NCBI GenBank assembly: GCA_963752595.1
Contig: CAVVYZ010000030.1
Coordinates: 64,001-128,000, forward strand
Direction: 5' to 3'
DNA: 64,000 nucleotides
DNA from: an uncultured delta proteobacterium
Lineage (GTDB): Bacteria > Desulfobacterota > Desulfomonilia > UBA1062
The notes below the pieces were generated by a model. It searched no databases. It was not told the DNA's origin and saw nothing but the letters and a program-made list of their open reading frames with translations. The translations under genes and the position numbers were made by a program. Shown one piece after another: positions 56,501-64,000 of this stretch (position 1 is the stretch's first letter; each line of letters opens with the position of its first letter).

Positions 56501-58087
56501 ATGGAGGAGGTTGTTTTGGAGAACAGTAAAGCTTTAATAGCAGTTGTTGGTGCCGGATACTGGGGGAAAAATCTCGTAAGGAACTATGCCGAATTGGGAG
56601 TGTTGGGCGCTGTCTGTGACAGCAATCAGCAAACGCTTAATTCTTTCAATAAAGCATATCCCGAGATTAAATGCTTCACGAATTTCCAGGAACTTCTTTC
56701 CAATCAAAATATTAAGGCAGTCTCAATCGCAGCCCCGGCCGAAATGCATTTTTCATTAGCGCGAGAGGCCCTTCTCTCTGGAAAGGATGTGTTTGTTGAA
56801 AAGCCGTTGGCATTGAGCCTCTCTGATGCCCATGAACTGAAAGAGATCGCTGAAAAGAATAACAGAGTCCTTATGGTGGGACATCTTCTTCAATATCATT
56901 CGGCTTTTATCAAGCTGAAAGAGATCATACACAATGGAGATCTGGGTAGGATTCATTATATCTATTCAAACCGCCTCAGTTTTGGAAAGATCAGGAGGGA
57001 GGAGGATATCCTCTGGAGCTTTGCCCCTCACGACATTTCCATGATTCTCTCATTGGCTCAGGAGGAACCGGAGTATGTTATGGCAACCGGTGGAAACTAC
57101 CTCCACAAGAAGATCGCAGATGTTACCACAACCCATCTGGAGTTTCCCAGTGGATTGAAGGCACATGTCTTTGTTTCCTGGCTGCATCCTTTTAAAGAGC
57201 AGATGCTCGTTGTAGTAGGAGACAAGAATATGGCGGTATTCAGGGACACTGCATCCTGGGGAGAAAAGCTACTTCTCTACCCGCACAATATTTCATGGCA
57301 TGATGGAATCCCCGAGCCGGAAAAAGGTGATGCCAAAAGCGTGGAGGTCGAAAAGAGCGAGCCGCTTAAAGCTGAATGCGCACATTTCATCGAGTGTATT
57401 ACTTCAAGGAAGAAGCCTGTTACCGACGCTCAGGAAGGAATTGAAGTGCTTAGAATTCTCAAAGCGAGCCAGGATTCTCTCCTCAACAATGGAAAGAAAA
57501 TATCTCTGAAGGAAATGCTCAAGAAGAAGGACACTTTTTTTGCCCATGAGACGTGTTGCATCGATGATGGGGTTGCCATCGGAACAGGGACAAAAGTTTG
57601 GCATTTCAGCCACATACTCAAAGGATCCAGCATAGGGAAAAACTGCAGTATAGGGCAGAACGTGGTGATCGGTCCTGATGCAAAGATCGCAAACGGTTGC
57701 AAGATCCAGAATAATGTTTCTGTATACAAAGGTGTTACCCTAGAAGATAATGTTTTTTGCGGCCCTTCAATGGTCTTTACCAATGTGTTTAATCCTCGGG
57801 CACACATCCCGCGCATGGATGAGATGCGGACTACATTGGTAAAGACAGGCGCCACCATCGGAGCGAATGCCACCATCGTTTGCGGCTATACCATCGGGGC
57901 CTATGCATTTATTGGAGCGGGGGCAGTCATAACCCGGGGCGCTCCCGATTATGCCCTCATGGTGGGCAACCCTGCCAAACAGATCGGGTGGATGTGTGAA
58001 TGCGGAAACAGGCTCGATGATGGTTTCAACTGTTCGTATTGCGGAAAAAGGTATGAGCAATCGCAGGAAGGATTATCGCCGGTTTAA
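56501..58087 (+). CDS. Gfo/Idh/MocA 3-dehydrogenase fused to hexapeptide N-acetyltransferase (WbpB-WbpD-like fusion)
   Basis: [18 protein letters not shown]; then [43 protein letters not shown]. Confidence 0.9.
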   Translation: MEEVVLENSKALIAVVGAGYWGKNLVRNYAELGVLGAVCDSNQQTLNSFNKAYPEIKCFTNFQELLSNQNIKAVSIAAPAEMHFSLAREALLSGKDVFVEKPLALSLSDAHELKEIAEKNNRVLMVGHLLQYHSAFIKLKEIIHNGDLGRIHYIYSNRLSFGKIRREEDILWSFAPHDISMILSLAQEEPEYVMATGGNYLHKKIADVTTTHLEFPSGLKAHVFVSWLHPFKEQMLVVVGDKNMAVFRDTASWGEKLLLYPHNISWHDGIPEPEKGDAKSVEVEKSEPLKAECAHFIECITSRKKPVTDAQEGIEVLRILKASQDSLLNNGKKISLKEMLKKKDTFFAHETCCIDDGVAIGTGTKVWHFSHILKGSSIGKNCSIGQNVVIGPDAKIANGCKIQNNVSVYKGVTLEDNVFCGPSMVFTNVFNPRAHIPRMDEMRTTLVKTGATIGANATIVCGYTIGAYAFIGAGAVITRGAPDYALMVGNPAKQIGWMCECGNRLDDGFNCSYCGKRYEQSQEGLSPV

Positions 58088-58218
58088 GCCATTGGGCAAA
58101 TTTTCTATGAGCCTGAACGCTGCAATGCAATCAAGGAGACCCACGATTACATCAGGAGGGAGCTACCGGAGCGTAGCGGTAAATGCTTTTGGGGGTAATT
58201 ACGCAAAGGGCTTAGGAG

Positions 58219-59043
58219 GTGGATGTGGAAAAGAATAATCCAAACGAATGCTGTCAAGCTGACGAGATCGATCTGTATGACCTGTGGCTTGTATTGAAAA
58301 AAAGGAGGATCACGATCCTCCTCATAGCCTTGATATCCTTAAGTGCCGCCTTCGCATACGCAGTACTGGCGCCGAAGGTCTACCGGATCACCAATACCGT
58401 TGTCATTAACCAGATACAGGAGAAGGATGAGGTGGAGCTCATCAACCCGGAAGAGATCATTGCTGTCTTGGCTGATCTCGATACGCTCCTGAAACACCAG
58501 AAGGAAAAGGCGGCGCATCTACTGAACATGCAGGGTAAGGACCTGAATGGAATCAGGAATATCAAGGCCTCTAGGGGCAAGAACTTGAATGTAGTACGGG
58601 TAGATATAGAAACACTCGACAGCAGAGCAGGCATTGCTCTCATGGAAGCATTGCCGGGTTATCTACAGTGGATCCCCAATATAGCGGTCAAACTGGACAT
58701 GCAGAAGGTGCTCATGGAAAAGAACAGGGATGATCTGAAGGCCATCATAGACGATCCAATGAGAGACCTGAAACTATCCCCTAATACGGTCGTATACGTG
58801 CCCTCCATTGACCTGTACACACTACGTGAGAAGTATAATCGTTTGAACATGATGATGGAGAAGATGGAAAAAGGCCAGATAGTTTTTCTTGTCTGGAAGA
58901 ATGAGCCGTCTGAGAAGCAATACAAGCCGAAGAGGGTGATGAGTGTCCTGTTAGGTCTGGTTTTGGGAAGCTTTCTCGGATTCTTTGTCGCTATTTTCCT
59001 TGAATGGTCGGGTAATGCCCGACGAGTAAGAGGGTTTAAGTAA
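58219..59043 (+). CDS. wzz: O-antigen chain-length determinant
   Basis: DEIDLYDLWLVL, N- and C-terminal TM helices, KPKR..GLVLG. Confidence 0.85.
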   Translation: MDVEKNNPNECCQADEIDLYDLWLVLKKRRITILLIALISLSAAFAYAVLAPKVYRITNTVVINQIQEKDEVELINPEEIIAVLADLDTLLKHQKEKAAHLLNMQGKDLNGIRNIKASRGKNLNVVRVDIETLDSRAGIALMEALPGYLQWIPNIAVKLDMQKVLMEKNRDDLKAIIDDPMRDLKLSPNTVVYVPSIDLYTLREKYNRLNMMMEKMEKGQIVFLVWKNEPSEKQYKPKRVMSVLLGLVLGSFLGFFVAIFLEWSGNARRVRGFK

Positions 59044-59219
59044 ATGCACTTCAGAACGGTTTTCCATTTCTGATTAAGGGGACTTGCCATGGAAGATTCA
59101 ATATTAAAATATGTTAAATGATTTTCTGGAATTATGAAAAGATCTAGTTTTATCTCACGATATTAAGAATAATCGTAGCAATAAAATGTAACCAAAATAA
59201 TAGCTAAAAATTCACAACA

Positions 59220-60548
59220 ATGTTGAAAAACTTTTTACAAGCTGGATTTGGCGGTTTTTTTAGCCAAGTAATTGTTTTTTTATCGCTACCATTTATTACA
59301 AGACTTTATACACCAGCCACCTATGCAACGTGGGCAATCGTTATGGCAACGGCAGGTATTTTAGGCGCGGTCGCCTGTTTTCGCTATGAGTTAGCGATTG
59401 TTACCTCGAATGATGAAAATGATGCCAGTTCAATTTTCTGGGGATGTATTATATCATCCCTGTTAGTCGGCATAATAATTTTCGGCAGCTATTTTATCTT
59501 TGCGCATCAGAGTTATTTCAATATAGGCAGAATTAAATTCAATCTTCTCCATCATTTTATTTTTATATCTTTAATGGCGGCATTAATGGGCATTGGCGCC
59601 ACTTTGCAGTATTGGAACACACGCCATAAATCGTTCTTTCACAACTCCATTGCGCTCGTCGCGTCATCCTGCATCACAGTTATCATTCAGCTATTATGGG
59701 CATTTAAAATTTCACCCTCACCTTATGGTCTTTTACTTGGCAGCATTGGTGGGTTGTTAACAGCGATAATATTTCAGTTGTCCGCGATATTTTTAACTAA
59801 AACAATCCCCGCATTGAACCTGACAATCATAAGACGCATCTTTGTGTGTTTGAAACAGCAACGGCGGTTTCTTCAATATTCGACGCCTTATGCGCTGTTT
59901 GGTGTTATCAGGGATAGGGCAACCATTCTCGTGATGGAGATGTTCTTACCGATGCAGGCCGTTGGTTTATATGCACTTGCCTATCGGGTGATGAATTTTC
60001 CTGTGACTCTTGTAAGTAATGCTTTAAGACCGGTTTTTTTCCAGGCCTGTTCATCACAAGGTGTTAAGGCAATAGAATCTCAATTGAATAAAATTATGAA
60101 ATGGCTAGTCGTTCTTGCGATGCCTTGTATGGTTTTCTATTTTTATTTTGCTAACGATCTATTCACGTTATTTTTTGGTCCACAGTGGCAAGGGGCAGGG
60201 CATATCGGCAAATTTTTGATCTTTCCGGTTGTGACATTTTTATTGGTAAACTGGATGGATCGCATTATGGACGTGCTGGGAGAGCAAAAGCTGACCTTAC
60301 TACTGGAAATAACATTTTCGACACTTTCTATATTTGGGCTATGGTTAGGTTTTTTCTTGCAATTGGGCTTAACTGGCGCTTTATTAATTCAATGCAGTGT
60401 CCTCGTGTTATATAATATTGTTTACTTGATGATCGCCTATGGAAAAGCTAACTATAATAGAATTAAGCTCTTTAAACTAATGCCTTCGGCTCTTGTAATA
60501 TCGGGAATAACAGTTTTTACTTTGGAAATTTTAAAGATGATTTTTTAA
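59220..60548 (+). CDS. wzx: O-antigen flippase
   Basis: PFITRLYTP, FRYELAI, VGLYALAYRV...P; about 12 hydrophobic segments. Confidence 0.85.
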   Translation: MLKNFLQAGFGGFFSQVIVFLSLPFITRLYTPATYATWAIVMATAGILGAVACFRYELAIVTSNDENDASSIFWGCIISSLLVGIIIFGSYFIFAHQSYFNIGRIKFNLLHHFIFISLMAALMGIGATLQYWNTRHKSFFHNSIALVASSCITVIIQLLWAFKISPSPYGLLLGSIGGLLTAIIFQLSAIFLTKTIPALNLTIIRRIFVCLKQQRRFLQYSTPYALFGVIRDRATILVMEMFLPMQAVGLYALAYRVMNFPVTLVSNALRPVFFQACSSQGVKAIESQLNKIMKWLVVLAMPCMVFYFYFANDLFTLFFGPQWQGAGHIGKFLIFPVVTFLLVNWMDRIMDVLGEQKLTLLLEITFSTLSIFGLWLGFFLQLGLTGALLIQCSVLVLYNIVYLMIAYGKANYNRIKLFKLMPSALVISGITVFTLEILKMIF

Positions 60549-60572
60549 GTATTCGATTTAACGAATAACCAA

Positions 60573-61877
60573 ATGTCACGCAAAAGAATATCTGAAATTG
60601 CGGTAAGTTTTGTTGTCGCTCTCGTTATATATGGGTCATTTTATTATATTTATAAAATTTCGATATCCCCTGCACAGTTATATCAGAACTTCAATTTCAG
60701 GGAATTAACATGTGAGGTACATGCGATTGCCATCGGTTTTTTTTTATTACCCCTTTTATGGCTTCCGATTAAGCCTAAAAGACCATCTGATATGACCATC
60801 TGGCTTTTGTATATGTTTTCATATGCGCCAACGACCTTTATGTGCTTTCATATTATGAAAAATCCTTTTCCAGACGCGATATATTTACTAGCAACCTTGC
60901 TCATAGCACTTATTATTGTTGACCTTTTCAGACGTCACCACATCAAATTAATCATTCATTCAGATGTTTCAATTAAATTGCCATTGGATAAAATTATTAT
61001 TATGTTGTTGGTTCTTCTATGTGCATATGTTATCTATCTGATAAGATTTAATTTTAATCTTGATTTCGAAAATATTTATGTCAGACGGCTTGCCGTTCAA
61101 GAATCTTCTACAATACTTTCTGGATATATTCTTGCCTTTGGCAGATCAGTAATTATGATTTTTTCTGTTTATATGGCATTTGTTAAAAAATCAAAAATTG
61201 CATTTCTTGCATTGATTATTTTATCAGTAGGCATATTTTCATATGATGGAACGAAAGCTTCTTTGATTGTTCCCATGTTTTTGGTTTTGATCTATTTTCT
61301 GACTATTTATAAGAAAAGCAATGTTATGTTGAATATTATTTTGCTAAGCTTAATTTTATTATCAATTATTGAATTTGTCCGCCTTGATTCTAATATAATC
61401 AGTTCCTTCTTTACTCGAAGGATATTCGCAGTTCCCGGATTTCTAAATACAGCATTCTGGGAATATTATTCTGCTCATGACAAAGTAATGATGGCTGATT
61501 CTATAGGCAGATTTTTTGTTGATTCTTCGAATGTGATGGCTTCTACATTTGTAATCGGATATGAATATCTTAACAATTCGGAAACCAACGCAAATACAGG
61601 TACCTGGATGGGTGGTTATGCGCATTTCGGATTGATTGGTGTGATTTTGATGTCTATGTTGGCTGGCTTTATCATCGGTTTGGTTGATAATTTAACCAAA
61701 GTAAAATTTGCTATTCTTGGTTATCTGGTTTGTACCTATATTGGAATTCTGTGGTCGGAACAAATGCTCCATACTTCCATGTTGACAGGTGGCATTTTTT
61801 ACATCTTGATATTTTTGTTTATATATTGCAATCCAAACATAATAAACAGCAAAATAAATTATTGCAGCGGCAATTAA
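60573..61877 (+). CDS. wzy: putative O-antigen polymerase
   Basis: Very AT-rich, multi-TM protein with a large loop (RRIF..P, NANTG..GGYAHFG) placed after wzx. Confidence 0.65.
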   Translation: MSRKRISEIAVSFVVALVIYGSFYYIYKISISPAQLYQNFNFRELTCEVHAIAIGFFLLPLLWLPIKPKRPSDMTIWLLYMFSYAPTTFMCFHIMKNPFPDAIYLLATLLIALIIVDLFRRHHIKLIIHSDVSIKLPLDKIIIMLLVLLCAYVIYLIRFNFNLDFENIYVRRLAVQESSTILSGYILAFGRSVIMIFSVYMAFVKKSKIAFLALIILSVGIFSYDGTKASLIVPMFLVLIYFLTIYKKSNVMLNIILLSLILLSIIEFVRLDSNIISSFFTRRIFAVPGFLNTAFWEYYSAHDKVMMADSIGRFFVDSSNVMASTFVIGYEYLNNSETNANTGTWMGGYAHFGLIGVILMSMLAGFIIGLVDNLTKVKFAILGYLVCTYIGILWSEQMLHTSMLTGGIFYILIFLFIYCNPNIINSKINYCSGN

Positions 61878-61892
61878 AGAAATGAACATAAG

Positions 61893-62162
61893 CCTGGGCA
61901 AGAATCGTTTAGGATTCAGATGAATAATTGCCGCTACTATAATTGCGTTCAATATGAAGCGGTCATACTTTGCGGGGTTAAGGCAGCCTGCACATGCAAC
62001 GGCTTTCTAGGGACAGGTGTGTCCGGAGCATGGAAATACTACCGGATATGAGAGAATTGGGGATGATTTTGGCTGGGAATTGAGACCTTTTTCTTGAGAA
62101 ACTGATGAAAAAATACCAATCACCCCCAGATAAACGCTTCTTGCCGGATTGCGCAAAGGTCT
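61893..62162 (+). mobile_element. 3' remnant of an IS5-family element (degraded transposase tail plus right end)
   Basis: Reads SLGKNRLGFR*..IIAFNMKR....*GQVCPEHG; 62072-62162 is the reverse complement of 37960-38050 at 74/91 ungapped identity (manual count). Confidence 0.75.
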
Positions 62163-62328
62163 TACATTGGCATAATTTAAACGACATCGCTATCAATGTA
62201 TTTGCGAAAAAGAAGCCGCGGACTTTGTTTGTTCAAACCTCTCAATATATTTGGAATAATAACGAAAGATATTATGTTACATGGTACTAGCCTAAACCAA
62301 TAAAAATAATTATAAGGTAAAATAAAAA

Positions 62329-63489
62329 ATGACATTTCAGAAAACATTAAAAGATGATTATCAGATTTGTACACGTTGTGTGATGGATACAACAGACACT
62401 GGAATCACCTTTGGTTCAGATGGTGTGTGCAACCACTGCCGTGAATTTGATGAGGTAACAAGCAAATGGTGGTTTCCAAATGAAGAAGGCGCAAAGCGTC
62501 TATCTGTCATTATTGACCGGATTCGTGCGGCCGGGAAAAATCAGACATATGATTGCATCATCGGGTTAAGCGGCGGGATTGACAGTTCCTATCTTGCGCT
62601 AAAAGTCTATGAATGGGGTTTGAGGCCATTGGTAGTACACGTTGACGCGGGATGGAACAGCGAACTAGCTGTGGCCAATATCGAGAAGGTCATCAAATAT
62701 TGTGGCTATCATCTGCACACGCATGTAGTGGACTGGGGGGAAATGCGCGATTTACAGCTAGCCTATATGCGTGCCGGTGTCGCCAATCAAGATGTCCCAC
62801 AGGATCACGTATTCTTTGCCAGCATGTATCATTTTGCAATCCAACACCGGATTAAATATATATTAACTGGAGGAAATATTGCAACAGAATGTATCGCCCC
62901 AAAATCATGGCATGGTAGCGCAATGGATGCTATTAACCTAAAAGCTATTCATCGAAAGTATGGAGAGAGGGCTTTGAAAACTTATAACACTATAAGTTTC
63001 TTCCAATGCTATATCAGGTATCCCTTTATAAAAAAGATGCGGACTGTGCGTCCACTTAACTATATGCCTTACAATAAAGAGGCCGCAATTGATGAAATGC
63101 AGCGCTTAGTTGGATGGCGCTCTTATGGTCGCAAGCATGGCGAATCCATATTTACTAAACTTTTCCAGAACTACTATCTGCCGGCTAATTTTGGGTATGA
63201 TAAGCGTCGTCCCCATTTGTCCAGCCTCATAGTTACAGGTCAATTGACGCGTGAAGAGGCGCTGCGCAAATTGGAGGAACCACTTTATGATCCCTTGGAG
63301 CTTGAACGTGATATCGAATACTTATGCAAAAAATTACAGATAACCAGGAATCAATTTAAAGAGTTCATAAATGCGCCTTCACATCATTATACAGACTTTC
63401 CAAACTGGGACAGACGCTATCAAACACTCAAAGGCATCCAATCATTAGTTGCTCGTTTGTTGGGTCGCGAGATAAGGGTTTATTCTTGA
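62329..63489 (+). CDS. N-acetyl sugar amidotransferase (WbpG/WbuX family)
   Basis: CTRCVMDTT, CNHC, YDCIIGLSGGIDSS (PP-loop), VDAGWNS, DVPQDH, KHGES, DKRR. Confidence 0.9.
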   Translation: MTFQKTLKDDYQICTRCVMDTTDTGITFGSDGVCNHCREFDEVTSKWWFPNEEGAKRLSVIIDRIRAAGKNQTYDCIIGLSGGIDSSYLALKVYEWGLRPLVVHVDAGWNSELAVANIEKVIKYCGYHLHTHVVDWGEMRDLQLAYMRAGVANQDVPQDHVFFASMYHFAIQHRIKYILTGGNIATECIAPKSWHGSAMDAINLKAIHRKYGERALKTYNTISFFQCYIRYPFIKKMRTVRPLNYMPYNKEAAIDEMQRLVGWRSYGRKHGESIFTKLFQNYYLPANFGYDKRRPHLSSLIVTGQLTREEALRKLEEPLYDPLELERDIEYLCKKLQITRNQFKEFINAPSHHYTDFPNWDRRYQTLKGIQSLVARLLGREIRVYS

Positions 63490-63596
63490 ATTAATGAAAA
63501 GCAGGGTATTATTAAATATACACTAGATCAACTTAACAATGTTTCGATCCTAAAAAATATTGGTTCTATGACCTATTTATTTGCGATGATAATAAG

Positions 63597-64000
63597 ATGA
63601 TCTCAATACTAAATTACGGAATGGGCAATCTTGCTTCCGTCCATAATATGTTTAAAAAAGTGGGAGTACCCAGCAGGGAGATCATGACCGCAGATGCAAT
63701 TAATACTGCACAGGCACTGGTTATTCCTGGTGTTGGCAAGTTTGATCATGCCATGCGTCAGATCACGTCCATGGGGCTGCGGGAAGCTCTAGATCAAGCA
63801 GCACTTGTTCGAAAAATTCCTATACTTGGTATTTGCTTGGGTATGCAGCTTATGACACGCAGCAGTGAGGAAGGACTGTTACCAGGGTTGGGATGGATCA
63901 AAGCTGACACCAGACTGATTGATGGCACTAACCAGAATCTGCGCGTACCACACATGGGCTGGAACTTAGTGAAGATTGAAAAATCCAGTCCCTATTTTGA
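63597..64000 (+). CDS. HisH-like glutamine amidotransferase subunit of the LPS cluster (partial, runs off the window)
   Basis: Not in the ORF track; reads MISILNYGMGNLASV, PGVGKF, GICLGMQ, VPHMGWN. Confidence 0.9.
   Translation, partial: MISILNYGMGNLASVHNMFKKVGVPSREIMTADAINTAQALVIPGVGKFDHAMRQITSMGLREALDQAALVRKIPILGICLGMQLMTRSSEEGLLPGLGWIKADTRLIDGTNQNLRVPHMGWNLVKIEKSSPYF

Noticed and set aside
58088-58218. Possible ops/JUMPStart element before wzz (GGAGCGTAGCGGTA)
   Set aside because: Does not match GGCGGTAG; no supporting context

Overview
A 64 kb chromosomal segment, moderately GC-rich, probably from a deltaproteobacterial (Desulfobacterota-like) anaerobe; the taxonomy is inferred from protein styles and sigma-54 sites. 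From left to right: (i) TraB-family gene, a sigma-54-driven orphan winged-helix gene and a single-domain receiver, lpxH, M23 peptidase, SPFH, TrmH, a cNMP-binding protein, UDP-GlcNAc 2-epimerase, an atypical DAC (diadenylate-cyclase-like) protein and a PAS histidine kinase; (ii) SPOR-argS, CIRCE-hrcA-grpE-dnaK, and a convergent fbp-fba-rpoZ-dnaJ; (iii) trpEGDCFBA preceded by a Trp3 leader peptide/attenuator missing from the ORF track; (iv) a Wzm/Wzt glycan cluster with three AsnB-type amidotransferases interleaved with glycosyltransferases and a 328-bp internally deleted IS5 element; (v) an acyl-CoA block (CaiB CoA-transferase, degenerate HMG-CoA-synthase-like/DUF35 fusion, SCP2-type thiolase, two MaoC proteins, MFE-2-like SDR) plus a CrtI-like flavoprotein/ferredoxin-reductase pair; (vi) a Wzx/Wzy O-antigen cluster (wbpE, wbpB-wbpD fusion, wzz, wzx, wzy, wbpG-like, hisH-like; AT-rich from about 59 kb) holding a second, inverted remnant of the same IS5 family. 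Many genes, including essential argS, are broken by single-base frameshifts that cluster in patches; these are most likely sequencing/assembly errors. I saw no rRNA, tRNA or CRISPR array. The best candidates for undescribed biology are the PhlABC-like acyl-CoA operon with its redox pair and the DAC/cNMP/kinase neighbourhood; both are hypotheses.
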